A DNA stretch of 57,983 nucleotides from Atractiella rhizophila (taxonomy: Eukaryota), in assembly GCA_021432655.1 (NCBI GenBank), contig MU271473.1, positions 1 to 57,983 of the forward strand, given 5' to 3'. The position numbers and the translations under genes were made by a program. Under the pieces are notes generated by a model, which saw only the letters and a program-made list of their open reading frames with translations, made no database searches and was not told where the DNA came from. Shown piece by piece: positions 45,579-57,983 of this stretch; the stretch's first letter is position 1; every line of letters begins with the position of its first letter.

Positions 45579-48500
45579 CTGGTTAAGCGTAGGTTAACCT
45601 TTCAAAATCAGCAACAGCCAGGAAAATGTCCACTCCCGACTGGGGGGCTCCGGAACCTCTGGAAAGGATAGAGTCACGGAGGGAAAGTTCAGCTCCTCGA
45701 ATCGACGCATCTCCAGAGTGGTCTAGTCTCTCCCTTCCTCCCTTCCTCCAGTCCTCCCCTCCCTCTGGTGCGCAAGCGCCCAGAGGTAATAAGACCTCCC
45801 GTCTTCTCCCGTCCTCCAAGTGCCTCCACCAGCCTCCAAGTTCCTCCGATGCCGCTTATTAAATACAGGGATTCCCTTTTCCGCTTTCGCTTGTGCTCCA
45901 TAGAATAATGAAGCAATGAATGTAATTGAAAGAAGAGTAGTTTATACAACTTTGGTGCGCAAGAGTCGGTAAAGGCTGAGGCGTCAAGCTGAAATGAGCA
46001 CACTAGCAATAAAGAGGAGTGGGAAATCAACATCCAAAATATGTAAATGAACTGAAATCCTTTCAATACTGGGACCTAAATTACACTGCAATTCAAACGA
46101 GGGCTAGAGCAGAGCACTGTAATATTGATTCTTCGTCCCGTAATGATCTGATTGCGAGCGGCGCTACATAAGCTTAGAAGAACTAGGGTAGGTAGTTGGC
46201 ACTTAGGATGGCGGAGGAGGCAGCGGAGTAGGCAATAGTGGAGGGCAAGCCAATGGGCGAGGCGGCGAAGACGGCGGCACGAGTGGGATGGGCGAGTGGG
46301 TTGGCAGGGACCTCTTTCTGACCCCTTTCCGATCCCTCTGTGCCACAGTCCATCTTCTGCGCCATCACGCGCCTCTACTACTCTTCGCGATTGACTTGCG
46401 ATGTCTACTGTGAAGCAAGTTGGTTAGAGTCGATAGAGGGTTGAAGCGGGCTTGGGGATGTTAGAGAGCGAGGTGGAACGAGAGGCAACGATGGTTGAGA
46501 AAAAGCACACCATGCTTCTCCGACGTCCATCCCTCAATCCTCGAGCTGCTCTGTCACTCCTGTCCTCTGCTTTCGTGATCAGAGTCCAACTCGCACTCGG
46601 CGTTCGCTTCGGAGGGCAAAGAGTTTTTTTAGAGGAGTGGACAGTGATCGATGATGGATGACGAGAGGAGCACGGAGGTGAGAAGAGAGGGATGTTGGAA
46701 CGAGGAAGGCAGCGCGAGGTAAACGGGAAACGGGAACCGGGAAAGCGGGATAAGATACAAGGAGGTATTGAGACTGGTGCAGGACGGCGCTTCCGCGTCT
46801 CCTTTGCTCCCAACGCTTCCCACGCGCTCCTCTCTCGCTTCGTAGCCTCGGCAGCGAAGGTACGTACGGAGGGTCGAACAGTGCTGAGGTGGGATGTGAA
46901 GAGGGCGAAGAGGGTCGACGGCGGACAGGGTGACGGGGGGAGGAACCTAATACCTATATCAGTAAACGCAAATGAAAAAGAGGGAGAGGGAACGGGAAGG
47001 TCACCTCTTCTCTCGTACCTCTTTGCCCCCTCCATCTCTGTCACACTTCGCCTTCCATTATGTCCCATGCTGTTGGTAATACCTCTCATTCCCTCCCTTC
47101 TTCGCGCTGATTGTACTTGTCCGTTCATCACTTGCGCACACCCTCCCTACAGTCTCCCCTCCATGCGCCTCCCCTCCCCGCCGGGTCTGCTCTGTCACCA
47201 GCTGTCCAGGTGTTTCGGTCCGTACCGACTCCATTGGGCCGTAGTCTGGTAAGGTCATCAGCTAAAGAGGACGATGGGTTAGCTGACGTGCAAGGGAACT
47301 GTGGAGGAGAGAGCAGCAGGAGCCTGAGCCGGAGGGCTGATGAAGGAGGCTATCCACGATGAAGGAGACCAGCGAGACACGAGAGAGGTGAGACTGGTGA
47401 GGTGTGGGATTGCATGAGATAAACGGCTAACTCAGAGTTGGAAGGGAGGGAAGGACGTGGGACGTGGGAGAGACGATGGAGGACGTGAAGAACAGCGGTG
47501 TGAGTGTACTACTGACTGCATGTGGCGGCGGAGGAGATGAAGGAACTGGTGGTCACGAAGGCGGACTAAGAAGAAGACGGTCAAACTCACGACGCGCCGC
47601 GTTCTCAATGTGCAAGATCTCACCACAGGCCCGTCTGTCATCCTTTCCTTCATCTGTCTAAGTTGCAACTCTAATCAAAGGATAGATGCAGGATGGGAAG
47701 ATCGCATCAAAGCAGCAATGGTGTAGGGTCACGAAACTGCCAGCGTAGTCCTTGCTAGTACGCATCCACCTCTCCCTTCCCGTTTCTCACCCTCTTACTA
47801 AGAAAATGAACCTAGTTTGACCCAAATCTGTCCGTTCTGAGGTACATGTTCAGGCCCTAACTGCATTGGATGGCACGACGGAACTCTCCAAGGATTCTAC
47901 AAGCTCAGAGACGACCTGTACGATGCTTGCTCTGGTCTACTCCTCTCTCCCATCGCTGATTTATCAATGTCTGTACTGAAAGCGCCTAAAAACTTCAGGA
48001 CGTGAATTCCGTTCCCTCTGCTCCGTCGAATATCTTACATAACGAAACCGATGGATAGAACATGTTCGAGGAGAAGGAACGCTCCGTGGCTGCCAAAAGC
48101 GTAGTGCGTATCAGTGGATGAAAGCTGTGTTGAATGTCGCCATCTGCAGGTTCGTCTCCCTCCCTCTACCCATAGAATAAAAGAATAATAACGTTGTTGT
48201 GAAGAGTTGGTCCCGTGAGACTCCTCGCACAGTCAGTCGCACGGCCTCAGCGACTAGAAGAAGGATAATCGCCGTCGACATCTAAGAGCGTATGCTTCTA
48301 CTGCCTGTACGCATTCTGAAGCTTCCTGGTTGCTTATTTATTTGCGGATAGGTAAGGGCTGGGAGAGTTGAGCAAATGATTGATTTAGTTGCTATGTCGA
48401 CTTTAAGTCGCTCATCACTTATATCTATAAGTCTAAAGAGATAATTTGGGCCGTTACGATAATGCAGGTTCATCTCCCTCTTCTCTCCGCCTTGATGTCA

Positions 48501-49863
48501 CAAAGTTGAATCCTGGTGATGATGGTTCGCTCTAGCACGGGGAGAACTCGATAAAGAGTGTCATTGACGGATACGATGGCGATTAAACCTTGCAGCTGCG
48601 TGAATGCAACTTTCGGGACTATGCAGGAAATGAAGGATCAAAAAGATGTGATTCCTACTTCCACAAGGGGTTCAAGAAATAGTGCCATTGTTATACTACA
48701 TCTTTGAGCTTCGACTCCAGCTCCTTCCGTTCTCCTAAGTAGTCCATTCTTGAATACATAGTCGTCGTCAACCGTAAGAACAACTCAAGCAAGGCTCAAA
48801 GGATGCATCGGCTTCTTTACATTGTGGCACTTTATGGGCGGAACTTGATGTCTTAGGTGCTTTTACAGGAATCAGTAGAATTGTTTGCATAAGAGAAGGC
48901 ACCCATAATACAGAACACAGACAGACACCCTCCCCACAAACCCGATCTCCTCATGCCCTGAAGCTTCCTCCAAGAATGAAATAATCACAACAGCAATTAT
49001 ACTCTTTCCCATCCAATGCCGCCATTTCCTGTATCCCTCATTTCCTCATCCCCCAAGAGCCCGTAGATAAACACTGGGAAACTGACTCACTCCCCGCAGT
49101 AACGAAATAGCTATGACCGTTACCACATTGTGGTCTAACAGTGCGCAAGAAAAGACTTCGTGCGGATGGGATTTTAAGATTGCTCACAACCATCTAGCAC
49201 GAGGCGTCGAGTATGAGGGAGGCGAGCTGTTTGACAAACGGTACGTTGGACAGAGTGAGGAGGGATGGAAGGATGACACCGTCCCGAACGAATTCTAGAC
49301 CTGTCCTAGTCAAATGTTGTGTTAGATGTAGAGTGATATGAGTTGCGCACCCTTCCGTCGTATGTTCTTTAGAACGTGCATAAAAATCTGAGTCCCTCCA
49401 GCATCACTCTCCACTTTCCCGAACCCATGCCTGAGAACTCCGCTCGCTCACTGCAAACTCTCTCAATGCGCTCCTAGCCCTGCATATCTCTTCCTCGAGC
49501 CACCCTCCAAAGAATAGCCGAATCCTCAACTGGCATCCTCCCATCGTCTTCACCTTCTCAGCTCCACCCTCCATATCCCCCTTCTCCTTCACGCCCCTGT
49601 CCCCAAAGAACCAGCAGATTACATCTGAGAATACGAGCAGAGAGAATTCCCAGTCTACCATACAGGACCAAACCACTATGTGAGATACAATGGTCAACCC
49701 GCTCACATGCTTCCTATTCTGGAAGCGGCTCCTGCCTAACTTGGAAGTCACATTGACCACTTTATACCTCACAACTCCCCCGTCTCTCTACACCTCTCCT
49801 GTCGGCTCCAACCATGTACAATCGATCGGGAGAAGAAGGGAAGATAACTGATGGTATCTTAGC

Positions 49864-52800
49864 TAGGGACTCGCATGAATGTGAATAATTCATGAACAGT
49901 CACCGTATCGTTCACCAAAAAGTCATGAATAAGCTGTTCATGAACTGGTGAACTGGTGACTGTGACTGTGACATGAACTGTGAAACGTCAGGCTGGAGAA
50001 ATTCTTGAGTCATGACTAGTCATGAATAAGTCACCGCGCACAACTCATGCTGGCCGAAGTTACAGCCATCGTGATTTCCACAAGCCTCGTCTCTTCACGG
50101 ATTCGGCTTCGGCCCTTGCTCGACCGGCTGAGGTTTTTGAGGTAGGCTTTTCGCATCAACCAGCAAGAAGAGCGAAATGACTGCTCTGACTGCTCAGGAA
50201 GGCACTGACGCTGGTCACCCAATCACAATTGACGAGGCTCAGACCAGCAAGTAGTCAAGGGGGGACTCCATCTCTGGTAAGCTTTTTCTGCTGTATTTCC
50301 AACTTTCTCATGCAACAACAGAACCTGTCATTGCTCCGAAGCAAAAGCGACTCATGTCAAGAAGGATAAGTCACATTTGGACGAAGAGGCACACTTGTAA
50401 GTACCTTTACTCTCCATTTGCTTCTCTGAACATAGATCAGGGAAGCTGAAATCAAATCTTGGAAATCCTCTGTCTATGCCCATTACGATGCTCCGATGAT
50501 TGTCAAGAAGGAAGAAGTGGAGGGAAGTGAAAAGAAGGAGGTTATTTATTATCGCTTTACTTGTAAGGTGTTTAAAGATCATGAAGTTGACCGGAAAAGG
50601 GATGGGTTTGCAAGTGGGGCTGCACTGACGTCGCAACTTTTGGCAGGTGTTCAGGCATGTGAGGCAAAGCATGCGAAGTCCAGTGAGCGTTCAACAACAC
50701 TGAATGAATTTGGGTATGCCTTCGGGGACAAGAGTGATGAAAAGAAGGATTCTGGAGATGGAAAGAAGAGTGGCATTCCGTGCTTCCCTTACTCCCCTCA
50801 ACGCTTCCGATTCTGGCTCGCTCTCCTCTGTGCTCGACGCAAACGGCCGTTCAATATTGTTGAGGATTACGAGCTCCATGTCATCTTCAAGATGCTTCGA
50901 CCTGATGTGCACCTTGTTAGTGGTGACCAAGTCTCGAAGGATCTCTGGAACATCTATACTCGAGCTGCCCAGATTATTAAGGATGTTTATTTGAAGGTAG
51001 AAGTTTCTCCTCATTTCGCATCTCACTTTCCGATAGTTGTAGGATAGGACATTGACGGTTTCATGTTTCTACTGATGCTTGGACCTCGAGGAACCACATG
51101 GCTTGGCTTGCCATGCTGGTTCATTATTGGTCGGGAACTGAGGTAAAAGAGATCATTTTAGAGTTTGTCCGGTACAGTGTTAGAACCCTGCTGTGTCCTG
51201 TATGCTGATCTTCCTCACAGGCTGAGTGATTCGCACACGGGGAGATATTTGGCCAGAGAGATTGCGAAGGTGTTGGAGCGGTATGGTACAGACGGAAAAG
51301 TCAGTCTTGCTTGTCCTTTGCCATGTCCATCGAATTGAACATGGAAATTAGTTGATGGGACTGGTGATCAATAGTGCATCAAACAACGACACAATGGTTT
51401 CGGAACTCAAGCTCTTGCTCCCCTCCTTTAAGGGGCAAGAATACCAAATCCGGTGCCTCAATCATGTCCTCAACCTGGTTGCAAAGGTATGCTCCTTAAT
51501 TTCTAATCACGTTTCTTACCTGACATCCTTTTAGGCTCTGATCTCGCCCTTCATGAAAGAGAAGAAAAGAAGGGCGAAGGGCGAAGAAACTGAGAGATTT
51601 GAAGATGACGGAGCTGTAAATATCAGCAAGGAAGAGGCTGCCATAATCAATAAGATAGTGGCAAGCCATGATACGGCACAGAAAGCTATGGGTGATGAGA
51701 TTATTGAAGAGATATGCGATGAAGTGTTGAAGGAACTGGAACAGGAGGATCCATTGAGAGCTGATGATAAGAGACTGAACATCAAGTTCAGTACGGAGGA
51801 GCACCAAGCTGTTCATGGATGTGTTCAAAAGGTCCGTATAGCTTGATCATGTATTCATTGCTTAAGACATTGCAGATTCGGGAACTGGCTCACAAGATCG
51901 TTAATAGTAGCTCGATGAACACGGAATTTCAGCGTCTTGTGGAGCGATTTTACATGAACCTTACAGATGCACGACTTCCAATCTGAGAGGTTGTCACTTG
52001 GTGGAACAGTCTCTTCCTCTTCCTCGAACGAGCCCTCTTGCTCCGACAAGCTTTCGATGGTCTTACAGAACAGAGCTCATTCAAACTTAAGAAGTATGAA
52101 GTGATGGAACCCGAATGCAAAGTCCTAGGTGAATTGCGGTTCTCAAGGTTTATCAATTCCTTCGATTTAATCTGTGCAAGATGCCTTTCTATCGAGCCAC
52201 AGTCAAGCTATCTACCAAGAAACGGGTGCTCCTTACAGACGTAATCCCTTATCTCGATAGGTTTGACCATAACCTTCGCAACATCAAGCTTAACCGAAAT
52301 GCAAATCCGTTTATTCGGTTGGGTGCTTGTCGCGCGATTACGGTTCTTAATAAATATTATTCAAAAGCTTGTCAGGTGACAAGCATGTATAAGTTGGCAA
52401 TGGGTTCGTCCCTCTTGGTTATTATTACTGAACTGATGTGAACTTCTAGTACTTCACCCTTATCACAAACTCAAGTACTATGAACATGCAGGGTGGCTCA
52501 TCTCCTGGATTCAAGATATTCGGACATTGCTACACGAGGAGTTCAAGACCTACCATCCTACTCCTTCCGCAGAGACCATAGTTGCAACTGATCTGCCAGA
52601 TGAGGAGGACTCTGACGCAGAGGAACAGTTTCCATATCGAAAAGATTATCAACAGACGGTTGAGACGGAATATGATGAGATCAGGCGGTACTTAGAAGAT
52701 GACCTGGAGAAGACACGCAAGGACTTCAATGTACTGGCTTGGTGGAATGGGGAACGGCAAGGAAGCCAGTATCTTAATCTTGCGAAGCTACCAATAGCTG

Positions 52801-53249
52801 TGCTCTCTGGCCCTGGTGTGTACCATTTCCTTACTCCTTGCCTTCTGGTGACCCTTCCTTAGTGACCAGTACCAATGTGGAATGTGCTTTCGGTGCAGGA
52901 GGACTTCAGATCACCGGCCTCCGGCACAATCTATCACAAGATTCATTCTGTGCTGCTATGGCTTTAGGCTCCTGGCATGATGCTGGATTGCTGTGTGGGA
53001 CAGACAAAGAGCTTTTTGATTACTTTAAGACATAGTAGACATAAACACACATACAAACCAATCAGAACTACTCTTTCCTGCCCTGCTTCGTTACTGAATC
53101 ATGAAGTGTCATGAATAATCACCTGAGAATCATGACTTGTCATGAATGTAATGTATGATCCGTGACATGACTGATGAATTGAAATTTTGGTTGAAAAAGT
53201 CATGACTAGCCGTCATGAACTTATCATGACCTTGTCACACGAGTCCCTA
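49864..53249 (+). mobile_element. hAT-superfamily DNA transposon
   Basis: TIR TAGGGACTCG...CGAGTCCCTA; 8-bp TSD ATCTTAGC/AGCTTAGC; many subterminal TCATGA motifs; transposase inside. Confidence 0.92.
50496..53035 (+). pseudogene. Intron-containing hAT transposase, inactivated
   Basis: RPFNIVED, TDAWTS, SHTG, NSASNNDTM, RCLNHVLNLVAK, VTWWNS, VLAWW..YLNLAKL..TSTNVECAF; in-frame TGA at 51984-51986. Confidence 0.85.
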
Positions 53250-54320
53250 AGCTTAGCCTTATCCAGAAGCTGGAAGGCAAGATCCGTCGATGCCCTGGTG
53301 AGCCTCGTTTGATTTCCTTGAGCTTCCTCTTCATTCCATGCTTTTCGATTATTCTATATTTCTATCTACTCATGTATTACGGGTTTTCCCGCAATTTTGG
53401 TTGATCTTTTATCCGATTCATTGGCCTATAAAAGAGGCCTCACTTATTAATGTAAATTCATCTTATTCCTCATTATCTTACTTCGTACTCACAGCAGAAA
53501 GCGCGGTAAGAATCGAGGTAAGTTCCCTGGGCTGTAGAAGCGCCCCTGTAAGATCCATTGTCTTTATTCTGAGACCAAATAGCTTGATAAGCGGCCCTAC
53601 ACTTCAGTGTGGCTAGTATAAGCTGGTTCCTGTCTCTCATTTTCGTTTAAGCTCTCATTTATTGATTGAGCCTCTTAGTTCTCGCTCTAGTCGAGCTAAA
53701 AGAACTCGCTCTTAGCAGTAGAGTCTCATATACTATAGATTTTATTGCTTTTGCATTTCTGAAGCTGTGAAAGAACTGGGGGGAATGAGGTTTGAGGTTT
53801 CCTCACGGCCGTCGAGTTCAAGGTATGTGAGATGTTTGAGGTGTGATAGGTTGAGTGGAGTGGGTAGGATGGAGATCTGTCCATCAGGCGAGTAGGGATG
53901 GAGCCTGATATGGAGATAATCTAAAAGAGGTGGTAGACAGGAGCCTGAGATGGTGCGATGGAGGGGACATAGATTGGAGAGATGCAAACCCGTGAGATCG
54001 TGTGGGAGGGAGAGTGATGGGAGAGGCGGGTATGCGTGAAGCACTAGTCTTTTGAGGTTAGGTGATAATTGAAGGCATGGCGATGTCAATGAGGCAGAGT
54101 CTTCCATGTCATAAGCACACAAGAATCTGTTTCTGTCACCCATCCTCTGCATAAAATTCTCGATTTCGTCCTTTTTCCACTTTCTCGAACCTTGCCCATC
54201 AAATATCATGTAATACAGTCTCGTCAAGCCTTCGATCACATTCAAAACAACCTTCGCTTCCTCTTCATTCCAAAATATGTCCATGTGCACGTCCGTAACG
54301 TTTGGTGAGCCAGCAATGAT

Positions 54321-54845
54321 GCCCTGGAAACTTGCAGGGCCAGCTCAGTGCTCAAGTAGTCAAAGGAAACGAGCTTGCAGATACAGCCGCTAACGCAGCC
54401 GCCAACTTAAGGGCGCCATGGGAACTCACAAGCTTCTAAGGAGCCCTTCCACTTTAAAAGCAACTATCACGACTTCGGTATTCTTATCAACGAACGGTTA
54501 CCTCCACATCCACCGGTAAACACCACCGAGCTATCTCAAGGAGCCTCTCACCCGACGATACATATGACATGCTATCCGCAATACCAAGAGCACAGGCGTC
54601 CATCTTTGTACAGCTCCGATCAGGACATGTCTCTAATGGCAACTACCTTCACAGGATTAGAGTCAACAATGACCACTGCAGTTTCCCATCTATTCTTTGA
54701 ATGTGAAGAACATGAAGCAGAAAGGAAGAAACTCCAACTCAGGTTAAGGAGGAAGGACATCCAGTTCAGATCACTCAGTCGTCTGTTAAGCAATCCGCAG
54801 GCAGTTTTGGCAGTATGGGAATTCATTAGGAGAAGCAGCAATTTT
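54321..54845 (+). mobile_element. 3' fragment of a Tad/I-group non-LTR retrotransposon (RNase H end and Cys/His tail)
   Basis: KGNELADTAANAAA; ASIFVQLRSGHVSNGNYLHRI; HLFFEC..ERKKL..LLSNP..VWEFIRRS. Confidence 0.8.
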
Positions 54846-54850
54846 GTGCT

Positions 54851-55340
54851 TGTCAGGCTTGCCCCTATGCATTACCGAAATGCACCATCTGAAGTCACGT
54901 GACCTACTTTACCACGTCATGGGATCACGTGCCTGCCCATCGCCGCTTTGCTCGCGTTCGAGCTGACTGTTGCTTTCCCCTATCTCACACGAATCGCCGC
55001 TCAGCAAACCTTAGACATTTCGCCGGTCTGCATCGTCTCCATTATTGCCTTATTATCCTTTCTCACTTGTACTGCTCAGTATATCTTACTTCCGAGTATT
55101 CCCTTTATTGCTTTCCTGATCTAGCTATCTTACATGTTTCAAGAAACGTATGTTACAGTTTATGGCAGTGCCTTTACATATGTATATATCCATAGAGATG
55201 TAGTGGTGGTGACCTCAGAGTATTCTCTTAGGTTTACCTCCACTACAGGTTAGTCTTCTTTTGCCATACTATTCCTTTAGGTTTACCGCCACTACAGACG
55301 CATCGCCCATCGGCAACCGCACAAAGTGTTTGCCCTAACA
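54851..55340 (+). mobile_element. LTR family B, copy 3
   Basis: TGTCAGGCTTGCCCC...GCCCTAACA, colinear with 20698-21185; no TSD. Confidence 0.88.
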
Positions 55341-56241
55341 TCATCACATTGTTGAACATAGGTCTAGGCGACCAGTTTGTTGGTGAGTCACTCACCCCAT
55401 TTTCGCAAAACGGCTGCTTATTGCACCAAAACAACACCGGTCAAATTTCAAAAATCCCTCAATTGAGAGGTACACAACACTTCCCTTCATCCTACACTCT
55501 GTTTTGGTCTCAATCTTTATAGTGTCCTATTTTTGCCTTTTACCTTTCTGTTTGTCCATGTTCGCTTGACAACACATTATCCCACAAAGGAGACAGACCA
55601 ACGACAAGTATGCAAACCGCCGACAAGTTATACTGCGCGTTGTGACCACGAGCGCGCGGCCCGGCCTATTTGGTTGCGACCTCCAAAATAAGCTTGGGTA
55701 GCTAGTGGGAGGAACGCCTGAAGGTCCTCCCCTAGACAGGGGAGTCTGAGTCCTGCATCACCCACTTTGCCATTGTTCTCCCCACTCACTACAATCCCTT
55801 ATGCCACTACGACAAAATTTACATTTGTCGCCGCCGGGCAATTCGCCGCTAATACGGAGATGCAAAACACATACATTTTAGAGATCAAAATCACCACTCT
55901 GGACAGACTCCTCACTATCGCTACTACTCGAAGAAGAAACAGAATATACATCATAATTGGAATTATCATAGGCCTCTTGGGCCAACGAAGGGTTTAAGTC
56001 GCCCAATTGAAACTCAATTTCACCAATACGACACCTTTTTTGCAGCTGGCGACGGGTTAGGTGCCCTACGATGCCTAAACAACATCTGGATAGTCAGAGC
56101 GATCGCCAAAAAATGGATAAACTCACCCTACCGGTCACATCGGCGATCACACCTTCCACAGCTGAACCCTCACTAGCCCCATCCTCCACGGCTCGATCAT
56201 CCTGCCTCCTTTTATACAATTCCATCTGCAACTCAGCGGCC

Positions 56242-57392
56242 TTAAGAGCATTGGCCGCCGCTTGTGCATTCAATTTGGCGGCTGCTAACCTGGTTTGTGC
56301 GAATTTCCAGGCTGAATGCCTCAGAGTACACCCAGGCGGCGCTCAGCATCGATTGCGAGGGAGAATCCTCGTCGGCGTCTGAAATGTTCTCATAATTACT
56401 TTCAACGAAAGCCGATGGACGTTTTTTCCCGTCGCCGATGCGTTTAGGATGGAATGTAGTCGACATTACGACTAGCATGGAGAGTTCCCGCAAATATCCC
56501 AAAGGCAAGACCTCACACCTCTTTCCTGAACTGTGACAACACAAACAGACCCGACCGAACGCGGTTGTGACATACCCAGCAGAGAAGTCGCACACCTGCG
56601 AGTCGTTGTCACCATTGGCCTTCTTTTTCGCCGCTTTGACAGGCGCCGCACGAATCTTTCCAGTACAATTGCTACAGCACTGCCGATGCTTGCCAACGTG
56701 GGAAGAATTCGCGGATTCGCCCGAGGAGTCGTGATAAACAATTCGAGATCCAACTCGCCCAGATTGATGTTTGCCGCAGCATGAGAATAGGCATCGCGAG
56801 TACCTGGCCAAAAGTATCTGTATTTCGATGCGTCCAATTCCTTGTCGCCGATTCGAACTTTCCCGTCGCTCACTACAAATTCGGCGACTGGCGCACTGGC
56901 AAACGGATTTCGGTCCCCCAATGCAGCAGGCAGAACAAAAGTAGTTGCAGTCGCCAGATGGTCGGACAACGCCCTCATGACCCCAACCTCGGATCCTTCG
57001 CCGCTGAAATCGATTTTTGAGCGCGTAAATTTTCCTCCGCCGCTCAACGCTTATTTCAAGCGCCGCCCGTTTTCGCTCCTCCTCCTCCTTCGCCAGACGT
57101 TTTTCGTGTCAAACAAGAAAAGTTCTCGTTCCTTCCTTCACAAAACGGGGTCCCCATTCGCCGATTCAGAGGGCTGAAACCCGAATTTAGCCGCTTCTTC
57201 CTCGACGAGTGCCACTTGTTCAACCCAAAGCCGAAGTTCATCCCGCAAGACCTGCATGTCTTCCACAGACATCCGCAGCAGGAATGACAAAACGCGTCCA
57301 TCACAAAACTCTTTTGCAGACTCATAAACCGATCGCACCTTTTTCACCACCGATGGGTTACCACACACACCCAGCCACACTATACAAGACAA
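56242..57392 (-). pseudogene. Degenerate hypothetical gene with a Cys cluster, between two family-B LTRs
   Basis: Successive ORFs 57138-57392, 56472-57047 and 56242-56811 look protein-like (VCDFSAG...VCLCCHSSGKRC); no family recognised. Confidence 0.4.
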
Positions 57393-57750
57393 GAAAGCTC
57401 ACCTCTGCTTGTACCTTATTACAAAATTTGATGTACAAGGGATAGCATCTTCTCCCCCACTCCAACACATCGGCGAATCACCCGAAATTTACCTCTTTTG
57501 CCTTTTCCACGTCCCAATAAACAGTGTTCTTTTTCCTATCCTTGTTCACCAGGACGAAGTCGAAAAGTTGAGCGTCAGTCGTTATTTTATGAGAAGAAGA
57601 GGAATGTGCATTTCGGTAATATGTAGGGGCAAGCCTGACAACACCCCCCAAATTTCTAACTAGTGTGTGTGAGTCACGGAATTTTAAGATTAAGGTTCGC
57701 GGCTAGTTTGGACGAAAATTCTTTCCAGGTTCTTCCACCATCTCCCTCCC

Positions 57751-57983
57751 CTCCGAAGTCATGTGACCTAACTTTACTACATCATGAGATCACGTTCTCA
57801 CCCATCGCCGCTTTGCTCATGCCTGCGCTGTCAGCAGCTTTCCCCTTTCTCACACGAATTGCTGCTCAGCAAGCCTTACAAATTTCGTCGGTCTGCATCG
57901 TCTCCATTATTGCCTTATTATACTTTCTCACTATTGCCGCTCAGTATATCTTATTTCTGAGTATTCCCCTTATTACTTTCCTG
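57751..57983 (+). mobile_element. LTR family B, copy 4 (runs off the window; 5' boundary uncertain)
   Basis: tccgaagtcatgtgacct...catgagatcacgt...cgctttgctc...gagtattccc matches 20735-20965. Confidence 0.85.

Larger units (their letters stand above)
49679..53730. mobile_element. Solo LTR family D (49679-49863 + 53250-53730), interrupted by the hAT element
   Basis: Ends TGTGAGA...TCTCATA; 5-bp TSD CACTA/TACTA. Confidence 0.7.
49404..54320 (-). pseudogene. Family F copy F5, split by a solo LTR with a nested hAT and 5'-truncated by a LINE
   Basis: 53736-54320 encodes WNEEEAKVVL..YPPLPSLSL; 49404-49678 encodes VICWFFGDRG..LFFGGWLEEEIC; the two join colinearly with paralogs once the insert is removed. 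Confidence 0.85.

Noticed and set aside
55696..55765. Hairpin-rich stretch (CTCCCCT-AGAC-AGGGGAG) as a tRNA or ribozyme
   Set aside because: No tRNA A/B boxes or hammerhead core found; a single short stem is expected by chance.

Overview
Eukaryotic, intron-containing fungal DNA; a basidiomycete origin is inferred from short GT-AG introns with CTAAC/CTGAC branch points and from the gene families present. A few conserved genes (Mto1/ApsB-type centrosomin protein, ICT1/Pth4-type GGQ peptidyl-tRNA hydrolase, a multi-pass membrane protein) sit in a transposon-rich accessory region. That region holds two F-box gene families (5 and 2 copies), APH/choline-kinase-like genes, an HNH_2-type nuclease, a young full-length Ty1/copia element, Copia and LINE fragments, several solo LTRs, a hAT element and a non-autonomous TIR element with a TCGA target duplication. 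The strongest signal is two blocks directly right of the two N-gaps (7302-8300 and 42713-45405) that are reversed but not complemented. They are meaningless in all six frames, but their base-by-base complement read left to right gives the missing Mto1 exons, two kinase genes and a Copia LTR+PBS+gag, and joins the neighbouring normal sequence. This is most likely an assembly or gap-filling artefact rather than biology, but it hides real genes, including a chimeric kinase. I found no convincing new biological system beyond these items. All translations and alignments were done by eye.
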